Positions 55,249-64,000 of a stretch of 64,000 nucleotides of DNA are shown here, in pieces; position 1 is the stretch's first letter; each line of letters begins with the position of its first letter. The stretch lies in the NCBI RefSeq assembly GCF_947581735.1, contig NZ_CANPVT010000002.1, forward strand, positions 522,144 to 586,143. Reading direction: 5' to 3'. The DNA is from Candidatus Palauibacter soopunensis. Its GTDB lineage: Bacteria; Gemmatimonadota; Gemmatimonadetes; Palauibacterales; Palauibacteraceae. Position numbers and translations under genes: made by a program. Below the pieces are notes generated by a model. That model worked only from the letters and a program-made list of their open reading frames with translations. It ran no database searches and was not told the DNA's origin.

Positions 55249-55980
55249 ATGCTGATCAACTGCGACATGGGAGAGAGCTACGGGCCCTGGGAGAAGGGGG
55301 CCGACGAAGTGGTGATGCCGCTGATCGACCAGGCCAACATCGCCTGCGGCGGCCATGCCGGAGATCCCGACACGATGGCTCGGACGCTCGAGCTGGCGGC
55401 CGAGCACGGCGTGCAGGCGGGGGCGCACCCGGGCTACCCCGACCGGCGGAACTTCGGGCGCCTGCGGCTGGACTGGCCGCTCGACTCGCTGGTGCTCGAG
55501 ATCCAGGCGCAGATCGGGGCGTTGCGGGGCGTCGCGTCGGCGCTGGGCGTCCGGTTGCGCCACGTGAAGCCCCACGGAGCGCTGTACCTCGCCATGATGA
55601 AGGACGACCGGCTTCTCACGCGGCTGGCGGAAGGCGTGGCCGCCCTGGATCCGTCGCTCGCGTTCGTCCTGCAGGCGACGCCGGAGCGCGAGCGGCACGC
55701 GACGATGCTGGAGCACACCGGGCTGGCGCTCGAATTCGAGGCCTTCGCGGATCGTGCCTACGCGGCGGATGGGCGCCTCCAGGCGCGCGGGATCGACGGG
55801 GCCGTCCTCTCCGATGCGGACGCCGTGGCCGACCACGTGGCGAATCTCCTCGACGGATTCGTGGAGACGCCCGAGGGTCCTCTGCCCGTGGCGGCCGAGA
55901 CACTCTGCGTTCACGGCGACAACCCCTCCGCCACAGCGGTGATCCGCCGCATCCGCGAACTCGTGCCGCGGAAGAAGTAG
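55249..55980 (+). CDS. pxpA: 5-oxoprolinase subunit A (LamB/YcsF family)
   Basis: 243 aa MLINCDMGESYGPWEKGADEVVMPLIDQANIACGGHAGDP, the canonical PxpA N-terminus. Confidence 0.85.
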   Translation: MLINCDMGESYGPWEKGADEVVMPLIDQANIACGGHAGDPDTMARTLELAAEHGVQAGAHPGYPDRRNFGRLRLDWPLDSLVLEIQAQIGALRGVASALGVRLRHVKPHGALYLAMMKDDRLLTRLAEGVAALDPSLAFVLQATPERERHATMLEHTGLALEFEAFADRAYAADGRLQARGIDGAVLSDADAVADHVANLLDGFVETPEGPLPVAAETLCVHGDNPSATAVIRRIRELVPRKK

Positions 55981-55987
55981 ATCGCCG

Positions 55988-56659
55988 GTGATCACTTTCC
56001 CGGGGCCGGTGAGCGCCCTGGTCACGCTTCCGGTGGCGGCCGACCGGGACGGAATCGCCCGCGTCCTCGAACTCGAACGCCGCGCGCGCGACGCGTTGCC
56101 GGATCTCCGCGCGACGATTCCGGCCTTCAACCGGCTGCTCGTCGAGGGCTCGCCTCACAGTTGGAACGCGACGGATGTGGAGTCCAGAATGGCCGCGGCC
56201 GCCAAGAAATGCCTTGCGGAGACGCCCCGGATCGACAAAGGAGACCCCGTGTCGCTGCCGGTGTGCTACGATCCGGAACTGGCGCCGGACCTCGAAGCCG
56301 TGGCGGCGAACGCGGGCGTGGACGTTGCGGAGGTGGCGCGGCTCCACAGTGGTGCGACATACGCCGTACTCGCGACCGGGTTCGCGCCGGGGTTCGCCTA
56401 CATGGGTGACGTGGACGCGCGGATCGCCATGCCGCGCCTAACAACGCCCCGCTCGCGGGTCGAACCCGGATCCGTCGGGATCGCGGATCGGCGCACGGGC
56501 ATCTATCCGGCAGCGGGGCCGGGGGGCTGGCGACTTATCGGCCGCGTTCCCTCGGCACTCTTTGCGGATGCCGCCGAGCGGGTCGCGCGCTTTCGACCCG
56601 GTGGCTCGGTCGAGTTCCGTCCGATCGACCGGGACGAGTACGAGGCCGCGGGCGGATGA
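55988..56659 (+). CDS. pxpB: 5-oxoprolinase subunit B (KipI/allophanate hydrolase subunit 1-like)
   Basis: 223 aa with GTG start. Cyclophilin-like KipI fold blocks. Confidence 0.8.
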   Translation: MITFPGPVSALVTLPVAADRDGIARVLELERRARDALPDLRATIPAFNRLLVEGSPHSWNATDVESRMAAAAKKCLAETPRIDKGDPVSLPVCYDPELAPDLEAVAANAGVDVAEVARLHSGATYAVLATGFAPGFAYMGDVDARIAMPRLTTPRSRVEPGSVGIADRRTGIYPAAGPGGWRLIGRVPSALFADAAERVARFRPGGSVEFRPIDRDEYEAAGG

Positions 56660-57606
56660 GTTCGCACGGCGTCGTGGACCGCCCCGGCCCGTTCTGCACG
56701 ATCCAGGACCTGGGCCGCCGGACCGGCCGCCGCGCCGGGCTGGCTCCGGGGGGCGCGATGGACCAGCGCGCGTACCTCTGGGCCAACCGGCTGCTCGGCA
56801 ACGATCCGGCGGCGGCCGCGCTCGAGATCACCCTGGGCGGCTTCGCCCTGCGCTTCGCCGTCGAGACGGCCGTGGCGCTGACGGGCGCGGACTGCGCCGC
56901 CACGCTCGACGGCGTCGAGACGGGTGCCTGGCGCACCGTCCGGGCAAGGCCGGGCCAGGTGCTCCGGCTCGGCTACAGCGCGACCGGCATGCGCGCCTTC
57001 GTCGCGTTCCCCGGCGGACTCGATGTCCCCACTGCGTTCGGCTCCGCGTCGGCCGTCGTGCGCGACGGACTGCCCGGGTTGCTGGGCCGGCCCCTGCGGG
57101 CGGGCGAGCCCCTCCGCTGGGGCGAACCCGGACGCGCGTGTCCGGTGCGGCGGGTGCCCCGCGGACTCGTCCCGCCCGCGACGGCCTCGCTGACGCTGCC
57201 GCTGATCGTCGGCTACGAGTGGGCCGAGTTCTCAAACGGAGATCGGGATCGGGTGTTCGAAGCGGAGTGGACCCTCGACCCGGCGAGCGACAGAACCGCG
57301 GGCCGACTGGCCGGCCCCGCCCTCACTTCCGGTCCGCGCGTCCTCGACTCGACGCCGCTCGTCGACGGAACCGTTCAGGTCACGGGCGATGGTCTGCCGC
57401 TGGTGTTCATGCGGGACCGCCCCACGATCGGCGGCTACGCGAAGCTCGGCGCCGTGGATCCGATCGCGCTCGACGCGTTCGCGCAGGCGCGGCCCGGCAC
57501 GCCCATCCGCTTCGCCCCCGCCGACCCCGAAGCGCTTCGCCGTGGGCTCGCCCGGCGGGAGCGTTTCTTCGAGATCCGCGACGAGCCGTCGGCGGGCGAA
57601 AGTTGA
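56656..57606 (+). CDS. pxpC: 5-oxoprolinase subunit C (KipA/allophanate hydrolase subunit 2-like)
   Basis: 316 aa. Start overlaps the pxpB stop. Typical KipA blocks (GAMDQRAYLWANRLLGN). Confidence 0.8.
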   Translation: MSSHGVVDRPGPFCTIQDLGRRTGRRAGLAPGGAMDQRAYLWANRLLGNDPAAAALEITLGGFALRFAVETAVALTGADCAATLDGVETGAWRTVRARPGQVLRLGYSATGMRAFVAFPGGLDVPTAFGSASAVVRDGLPGLLGRPLRAGEPLRWGEPGRACPVRRVPRGLVPPATASLTLPLIVGYEWAEFSNGDRDRVFEAEWTLDPASDRTAGRLAGPALTSGPRVLDSTPLVDGTVQVTGDGLPLVFMRDRPTIGGYAKLGAVDPIALDAFAQARPGTPIRFAPADPEALRRGLARRERFFEIRDEPSAGES

Positions 57607-57682
57607 AGGTCGGCGCCCCTATTGTTTATATTTCGGGTTCCGGTGCTGTTCGGGTGGGGTGGATCAGCGGGGTGGAGGCATC

Positions 57683-58411
57683 GTGAAAACCTGGACCGTA
57701 TTGCCGTTTCTTCTCGTCGCGGCCGTGCCCGGTGACATCTCGGGGCAGAGTCTCCGCGGGTCCACGAGTTCCCTGGACCGCCAGAACCGCGTCGCCCGCG
57801 AGCACGACTTCACCTACATCGCGACGCCCGCGCAATTGCAGCGTTTCGTCGACCAGGGCTATCTCGTGCGCGTGCCCGAAGGGGCCGACTACGAGCTTCA
57901 CGAAATCTCGTTCCCCTACGCGCGGCCCGAAGTCAGGCTGTTCATATCCCGGCTCGCGTCGCAGTACCGGCGCGCGTGCGGCGAGCGGCTCGTGGTCACG
58001 AGTCTCACGCGCCCCAAGAACCGGCAGCCGCGGAACGCTTCTCCCCGCTCCGTGCACCCCACCGGCATGGCGCTCGACCTGCGCCGGCCCGACCCGAAGT
58101 GCCGCGGGTGGCTCGAGCGCGTACTGCTCCAGCTCGAGGGGTCGAGGGTGCTCGAGGTCTCCCTGGAGCGCCGCCCTCCACACTACCATGTGGCGCTCTT
58201 CCCGCGGCAGTATGCCGCTTACGTCGAGCGAATCACGCGCGCGAGCGCGCAACAGTACGTCGCCGGCGGGGGGCGGTACCGGGTGAGGCCGGGCGATTCG
58301 CTGTGGAGGATCGCGCGCCGCCACGACACGACCGTGACCCGCCTCCGATCCGCGAACAACCTCAACGGAAGCCGGATCTATCCCGGTCAGGTTCTCACGC
58401 TTCCCGGCTGA
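57683..58411 (+). CDS. peptidase M15-like (VanY/D-Ala-D-Ala carboxypeptidase-type zinc motif) protein with C-terminal LysM domain, secreted
   Basis: GTG start after ggagg (residue 99 of ORF 57389..58411). Signal peptide. Zinc-ligand block SVHPTGMALDL and a C-terminal LysM (YRVRPGDSLWRIARRHDTTVTRLRSANNL). Confidence 0.65.
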   Translation: MKTWTVLPFLLVAAVPGDISGQSLRGSTSSLDRQNRVAREHDFTYIATPAQLQRFVDQGYLVRVPEGADYELHEISFPYARPEVRLFISRLASQYRRACGERLVVTSLTRPKNRQPRNASPRSVHPTGMALDLRRPDPKCRGWLERVLLQLEGSRVLEVSLERRPPHYHVALFPRQYAAYVERITRASAQQYVAGGGRYRVRPGDSLWRIARRHDTTVTRLRSANNLNGSRIYPGQVLTLPG

Positions 58412-58472
58412 ACCCCGCGGACGAGCGGGCCTCCCGCCGGTCGGAAGGACTCCAATTCGGACGGAGGCAGTC

Positions 58473-60875
58473 ATTCGTTTCCAGAGCAGAGCGGCGCTGA
58501 CGATCCTGGCCCTGGCGCCGTGGGCTGTCGCCGTGGCGGGAGCCGGCGGGGCAGACGCTCAGGAACCGGAGCCGATCCGCCTCTCGGGCTACGTGCGGGT
58601 GGCGGAGAACGACGAGGTGATCCGGGCCGCCCGGCTCGACATCGCGGAGCCCGGCCTCATCATCGGGACGAACCGGTTCGGGTTCTACTCGATCGAGTTG
58701 CCTCCCGGCCGGTATTCGATCCGCGTCTCCAGCCTCGGCTACGAGACCGTGACCGAGGCTGTGGATCTCCGGGAGACGACCTCGCTGGACTTCGCGCTCC
58801 CCCTCAGGCCGGTCGTCGTGTCGGAACTCACGGTGACCGCCGACCGGGAACCGCCGGACCTCGACCCGGCGAGCCTCGACATGAGCGTCGTCCGGCTCGA
58901 TGTCCCCACTCTCTCCGAACTCCCGCTTGTCCTCGGTGAGGCGGATCCGGTCCGCACGCTGACCCTCTATCCCGGAATCAGCACGGCGAACGACGCGACG
59001 ACCGCGATCAACGTGCGTGGGGGCGCCGGCGACGAGAACCAGATTCGCCTCGACGACTCCGAGGTGTTCAATCCGGCTCATGCCATCGGCCTCTTTTCGA
59101 CCTTCAACTCGGACGCGGTGGGGGACGTCACACTCTACAAGGGCGGGATTCCGGCCCGTTACGGCGGGCGGCTCTCCTCCGTGCTGGAGATCCACCAGCG
59201 CGAGGGGAACTCGCGCGAGTTCGAAGGGGCGGCGACGATCGGCCTCCTCTCCAGCCGCCTGAGTCTCCAGGGGCCGCTCTTCGACGGAAGGGGATCCTGG
59301 CTCGTCGCGGGCCGCCGCACCTACGCGGACCTTTTTCTGGGCCTGTCGAGCGACCCCTCGATCCAGGAGAGCGCCGCCTACTTCTACGACCTCAACGCCA
59401 AGGCCAACGCGCGCTACGGCGCCACCGGTCAGGTCATGCTTTCCGGCTACTTCGGCCGCGACCGGCTGCGGATCGGAACCCAGGCCTCCGCGGCGTGGGG
59501 GAACGCAACGGGCACGCTGCGCTGGAACCACGTGTTCGGCCCGGTCTTCTCCCATCTGACCGTGACCTACAGCGACTACGAGTATCACATCCAGAACAGC
59601 TTCAATGCCCAATCCGCCTCGCTCGACGCGGGGATCCGCAACTTCAGCGTGACCGTCGACGAGTCGTGGGATGTGGGTCCGTCGGACCGGCTGGAGTTCG
59701 GACTGGGGCTCCGCAGCTACGAGATCCAGCCCGCGAACATCGCCCCCGGCGAGGGCTCCGCGGTCATCGCGACGCAGTTCGAGTCCCGAAAGGGCATCGC
59801 TCCCGAGGCGTACATCGAGCACGAAACGGAGATCGGGCGGCTGGGGCTCCGTTACGGGCTTCGGGCGGCCGGGTTCATCCGCCGGGGTGCGGCCACCGTC
59901 TACGACTACGAGAACGACGCGCCCGTGGTGTATCGTCCGGCGCTGGGCCGGTACGAGCCCGGCGCCATCGTGGACAGCACGCGGTACGGAAACGGGGAGA
60001 CGATCGTCTCCTACGGGGGCCTCGAACCACGGCTCGGGTTGCGCTTCAGCCTCAGCGGCGCCGCGTCGCTCAAGGCGAGCTACTCCCGCACGCGGCAGTA
60101 CCTGCGGCTGGTGACGAACACGAACTCCCCCACTCCGCTCGACCTGTGGGACCCCGTGGGGCCGTACGTGAAGCCGCACGTCGCGGACCAGTTCGCGCTC
60201 GGCTACGTGACCGCGCTCGCCGCGGGGCGCTACGCGCTTTCGGGAGAGGTCTACTACAAGCGGGCGCGCCACCTGATCGACTACGTGGACGGAGCGGACA
60301 TCTACTTCAGCCGGCGTCTCGAAACGCTTCTTCTCCCGGGCGAGGGACGCGGGTACGGGGTGGAGTTCCTCCTCAGGAAGACCCGCGGACGCCTCACGGG
60401 CTGGGCGAGCTATACGCTCGCCCGATCGGATCAGCAGACGCCCGGGCTCACGGCGGCGGATCCCGGGGTCAACGGGGGGGACTGGTATCCATCGCCCTAC
60501 GACCGGACGCACGATTTCGCCCTGACGGGACTGTACAGGCTCGGCGAGGACTGGAGCCTCGGGGCGAACTTCGTCTTCGCCACGGGGCTGCCGACAACCT
60601 ACCCCGTCGCGCGGTACGAGTTCGCCGGCCTGATTCTCGGCGAGTACGGGCCGCGGAACGCCAGGCGCCTTCCGGCCTATCATCGTCTGGACGTGTCGGC
60701 CACCAGGAGGTGGGGCCGGGGAGAACTCCAGTTCGGGCTCTTCAACGTGTACAACCGCTTCAACGCGCAGGCGATCGCCTTCCGCCAGAACCGGGACTCG
60801 CGCAGGGTCACCGAGGCGGTGGAGACGGCCGTGTTCGGCCTCGTGCCGAGCATCAGCTATCGGTGGAACTTCTGA
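58473..60875 (+). CDS. TonB-dependent-receptor-like outer-membrane protein with CarboxypepD_reg N-domain (copy 1)
   Basis: 780 aa track ORF 58533..60875. The signal peptide extends upstream in frame (RFQSRAALTILALAPWAVAVAGA) with no ATG/GTG/TTG available. ATT at 58473 sits 5 nt after a GGAGG SD. An in-frame CTG at 58497 is the alternative. Confidence 0.7.
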   Translation: MRFQSRAALTILALAPWAVAVAGAGGADAQEPEPIRLSGYVRVAENDEVIRAARLDIAEPGLIIGTNRFGFYSIELPPGRYSIRVSSLGYETVTEAVDLRETTSLDFALPLRPVVVSELTVTADREPPDLDPASLDMSVVRLDVPTLSELPLVLGEADPVRTLTLYPGISTANDATTAINVRGGAGDENQIRLDDSEVFNPAHAIGLFSTFNSDAVGDVTLYKGGIPARYGGRLSSVLEIHQREGNSREFEGAATIGLLSSRLSLQGPLFDGRGSWLVAGRRTYADLFLGLSSDPSIQESAAYFYDLNAKANARYGATGQVMLSGYFGRDRLRIGTQASAAWGNATGTLRWNHVFGPVFSHLTVTYSDYEYHIQNSFNAQSASLDAGIRNFSVTVDESWDVGPSDRLEFGLGLRSYEIQPANIAPGEGSAVIATQFESRKGIAPEAYIEHETEIGRLGLRYGLRAAGFIRRGAATVYDYENDAPVVYRPALGRYEPGAIVDSTRYGNGETIVSYGGLEPRLGLRFSLSGAASLKASYSRTRQYLRLVTNTNSPTPLDLWDPVGPYVKPHVADQFALGYVTALAAGRYALSGEVYYKRARHLIDYVDGADIYFSRRLETLLLPGEGRGYGVEFLLRKTRGRLTGWASYTLARSDQQTPGLTAADPGVNGGDWYPSPYDRTHDFALTGLYRLGEDWSLGANFVFATGLPTTYPVARYEFAGLILGEYGPRNARRLPAYHRLDVSATRRWGRGELQFGLFNVYNRFNAQAIAFRQNRDSRRVTEAVETAVFGLVPSISYRWNF

Positions 60876-61774
60876 TGGGTGGCGGCGGTGGGAATCGCGC
60901 GGTGACGGCGGGCCGCCTGCTCGCGTTTGCCGGGTGTCTTGCGGCCGCGGGCTGCGAACGGGTCGTGGACGTCGACATCCCCGACCCGGAGCCGAGACTC
61001 GTCGTGGAAGGTCGGATCGAACGCCTCAAGGGTACGCCGAGCGATGCGTCGAGCGGAAGGCAGCGCATCCGGCTGTCGACGACGGCGGGCTTCTTCGACA
61101 GCCGGCCGACCCCGCCCGCGACCGGGGCCATCGTCACGGTCGTCGATGGGGCCGGCCGCGCCTACGCGTTCCCCGAGATCGAGCCGGGCCTGTACGGGAC
61201 GGAACATCTCGTCGCGAGCGTCGGCGAGATGTACACGCTCTTCCTCGAGTACGGGGGCGACGTGTACGAGGCGTCGGCTCGGCTGCGGGAGGTCCCCCCG
61301 ATCGACTCGCTGTACTTCGTGTACGAAGAGGAGACGCTCTTCATCGACGAGGAAGGCTATCGCGCCGCGATCGACTTCGTGGACCCGGCCGGGGTCCCGA
61401 ACTACTACTTGTGGGAACAACTCGTCGAGGGCGTGAACGAGATCCCGCCGGACCCCGGAAACGCGATCAATCTCGTGAGCCGGGACGAACTGTACGACGG
61501 GCAGGATGTGATCGGCTTCCAGCCGAACGATGAAATCGCCATCGTGCCCGGCGAACACGCGGAGATCCGCCAGATCTCGCTCTCGAGGCTGGGTTACGAC
61601 TACTACTACTCGCTCTTCGAGCAGAATGCGCTCGGGTCGGCGAACCCCTTCTCCATCCCGCCCGCCACCATCCGGGGGAACATCGTGAATCTGGACCGCC
61701 CGCACCGGTTTGCGTTCGGCTTCTTCGGCGCGGCGGAAGTGAGTATCGCGGAGGGGGTCGCCCCCGCCCGCTGA
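60875..61774 (+). CDS. DUF4249 family lipoprotein
   Basis: 299 aa from the M in ...ELLMGGGGG of track ORF 59495..61774. Lipobox LLAFAGC. Start overlaps the receptor stop (TGATG). This is the canonical DUF4249 partner of CarboxypepD_reg receptors. Confidence 0.7.
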   Translation: MGGGGGNRAVTAGRLLAFAGCLAAAGCERVVDVDIPDPEPRLVVEGRIERLKGTPSDASSGRQRIRLSTTAGFFDSRPTPPATGAIVTVVDGAGRAYAFPEIEPGLYGTEHLVASVGEMYTLFLEYGGDVYEASARLREVPPIDSLYFVYEEETLFIDEEGYRAAIDFVDPAGVPNYYLWEQLVEGVNEIPPDPGNAINLVSRDELYDGQDVIGFQPNDEIAIVPGEHAEIRQISLSRLGYDYYYSLFEQNALGSANPFSIPPATIRGNIVNLDRPHRFAFGFFGAAEVSIAEGVAPAR

Positions 61775-61780
61775 AAGTAC

Positions 61781-61800
61781 CCGAACCCGGAGAGCCGGGT
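61781..61800 (+). terminator. short hairpin aacccggagagccgggtt between the two receptor modules
   Basis: 7 bp perfect stem with 4 nt loop, no T-run. Confidence 0.3.
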
Positions 61801-61812
61801 TATCTTGGCCCC

Positions 61813-64000
61813 GTGTTCGACTCCGGCTTGAATTCCGGCGCCTCGAAGGCGCGAGCGGGCCCGACGATCCTGGCCCTGATTCCCATGGTCTTCGCCGCCG
61901 CCGGCGCCCGCGCGGCGTACGCGCAGGAGCCGGAACCGGTCCGCCTCTCGGGCTATGTGCGTTCGGCCGTGAGCGACGAGGTGCTGCGCGTCGCCCGGCT
62001 CGAGATCGAGGAGCCCGGCTTCACCATCGCGACCAACCGGTTCGGTTTCTACTCCATCGAGTTGGTCCCGGGCCGCTACACGATCCGCGTCTCGCAGCTC
62101 GGGTACGAAACGGCGACCGAGGTGGTGGATCTCGAAGCGACGGCCTCGGTGGACTTCGCGCTCGCGCTCCGGCCCGTGTCCCTGGCTGAGCTCACCGTGG
62201 AGGCGGACCACGAGCCCCCGGACCTCGACCCCGGTACGGTCGAAATGAGCGTGATCCGGTTCGACGCCCCCACCATCTCGCAGCTTCCCGTCGTGCTGGG
62301 TGAAGCCGATCCCGTGCGCACGCTGACGCTCTATCCCGGGATTACCACGACGAACGACGCGACGACGGCGATCAACGTGCGCGGGGGCGCGGGCGACGAG
62401 AACCTCATTCTGCTCGACGATTCCGAGGTCTTCAACCCGGCCCACGCGCTCGGACTCTTCTCGACCTTCAACACCGACGCGGTGGACGACGTCACGCTGT
62501 ACAAAGGCGGTATCCCCGCGCGCTTCGGCGGGCGGCTCTCGTCGGTCATGGAGATCCACCAGCGTGAAGGGAACTCGCGCGAGTTCGAGGGCTCCGCCAC
62601 GGTGGGGCTCCTGTCGAGCCGGCTGAGTCTCGAAGGGCCGATGTTCGACGGCGATGGTTCGTGGCTCGTCGCCGGACGCCGGACCTACGCGGACCTTTTC
62701 CTCGGCTTGGCCAGCGACCCGGAGGTGAGGGAGAGCGTCGCCTACTTCTACGACCTCAACGCCAAGGCCAACCTCCGCTATGGAGCGACCGGCCAGGTCA
62801 TGCTTTCCGGATACTTCGGCCGCGACCGCCTGAGCGTCGGCAACGTGGCGGCGGTGGGGTGGGGAAACGCGGCCGGGACGCTGCGCTGGAACCAGGGGTT
62901 CGGCCCTGTCTTCTCGCACGTGACGCTGGTCTTCAGCGACTACGACTACCACATCCAGAGCGGCTTCAACGCGCGCGCGGTGTCACTGGACTCCAGGGTC
63001 CGCCACCTGAGCCTGAGCGTGGACGAATCCTGGTCCCTGGGCCCCGGCGACGAGTTGCAGTTCGGCGTGGGGATCGGAACCTAGAACGTGCGGCCCGCCG
63101 ACGTCATCGAGGGCGAGAACTCGGCGATCATCCCTCAGGAACTCGACGCGCGTCACGGCCTGGCGCCCGATGCGTACATCGAACACGAGACGGAGCTGGG
63201 GCCCCTCGGGATTCGCTACGGGTTACGCGCGACGGGGTTCATTCGGCAGGGCGAAGCCACCGTCTACGGCTATCTCAACGACGAGCCCGTCGTCTATCAC
63301 CCGGAACTGGGCCGCTACGATCCGGGCGTCGTGACGGACAGCACGCGCTATGGGCCGGGGGAGAGCATCGCCTCGTACTGGGGTCTCGAGCCGCGGCTCG
63401 GGCTGCGCCTGCGGGTCGGATCCGCCTCGTCGCTCAAGGCCAGCTACTCGCGAACGCGGCAGTACATGCGGCTCGTCACGAACACGAACTCGCCCACCCC
63501 CCTGGACCTGTGGGACATCGTCGGCCCCTGGGTGGAACCGCATATTGCCGACCAGGTCGCGCTGGGCTACGTGACGACGTTGTCACGGTCGCGGTACTCG
63601 GTCTCCGGCGAGGTCTACTACAAGCGGGCCCAGCATCTCATCGACTATGTGGACGGGGCCGATCTCTGGGTGCCGCGGCAGCTTGAGACGATGTTGCTGC
63701 CCGGCGAGGGGCGCGGGTACGGCCTCGAACTCCTGCTCAGGAAGACGCAGGGCCGGCTGCGCGGATGGGCGAGCTACACGCTGGCGCGCACCGAGCAGCG
63801 GACGCCGGGGCTGACCCGGCGGGATCCCGGCATCAACGGGGGAAGCTGGTATCCGGCGCCCTTCGACCGGACTCACGATTTCGCGCTCACGGGACTGTAC
63901 GAACTCAGCGATACCTGGAGCGTCGGCGCCAACTTCATCTTCGCGACGGGTCTCCCCACGACCTTCCCCACGGCGCGCTACGAGTTCGCCGGCGTCATCC
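61813..64000 (+). pseudogene. TonB-dependent-receptor-like protein (copy 2) interrupted by an in-frame TAG at about 63082-63084; continues in the same frame to the window end
   Basis: Track ORF 61813..63084 aligns residue-by-residue with copy 1, and the alignment continues in frame after the TAG (NVRPADVIEGENSAI...FIFATGLPTTFPTARYEFAGVI). Copy 1 has TAC (Tyr) at the equivalent codon. Confidence 0.6.

Noticed and set aside
63082-63084. In-frame TAG as a possible pyrrolysine or programmed readthrough codon
   Set aside because: No pyl gene context, only a single occurrence, and the paralog has Tyr (TAC) at this position. Pseudogene or sequencing error is far more likely

Overview
This is a 64 kb, very GC-rich (about 70%) stretch of bacterial chromosome. 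It is gene-dense on both strands and carries no integrase, transposase, phage or CRISPR signal. The gene content points to a Gemmatimonadota-like organism: many twin-arginine (Tat) signal peptides, Bacteroidetes-type outer-membrane modules (carboxypeptidase-regulatory-domain TonB receptors, DUF4249, GLPGLI) and extensive start/stop overlap between adjacent genes. I support about 58 protein genes and 13 tRNA genes. The tRNAs fall in two same-strand clusters, nine at 2519-3484 (Met/fMet, Asn, Phe, Trp, Thr, Arg, Glu, Ala, Lys) and four at 6829-7267 (Arg, Leu, Leu, Arg). Most of the rest is transport and catabolism, including TRAP DctPQM, two APC permeases, a DAACS symporter, a MATE pump, three exported beta-lactamase-fold hydrolases, gamma-glutamyltransferase, M28/M19/M15 peptidases, PxpABC 5-oxoprolinase, AcnX, an IorAB-type molybdoenzyme, a tannase and a BlaI/BlaR1-like pair. 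The most interesting locus is 14345-20988. A PhnZ/TmpB-like HD-domain oxygenase sits divergent from a gamma-butyrobetaine-hydroxylase/TmpA-like 2-oxoglutarate dioxygenase, which suggests a two-oxygenase phosphonate C-P cleavage pair. The HD gene also heads a tightly coupled five-gene minus-strand operon with a lipoprotein serine hydrolase, a DUF1801 protein, an ERG4/ERG24 sterol-reductase-family membrane protein and a Tat-exported flavin-reductase-like protein; I do not know of a described system with this composition. Other points worth a second look are a cluster of Tat-exported PLP enzymes (alanine-racemase fold and class V aminotransferase) with a BKACE-permease operon, tandem duplicated secreted FAH-family genes, a TonB-receptor/DUF4249 tandem module whose first copy seems to start at ATT and whose second copy carries an in-frame TAG, and an intrinsic terminator inside the tRNA array. 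Most long alternate-frame ORFs in the supplied track are GC-content artefacts. Gene starts were derived from the ORF-track coordinates plus residue offsets and may be off by a few nucleotides.
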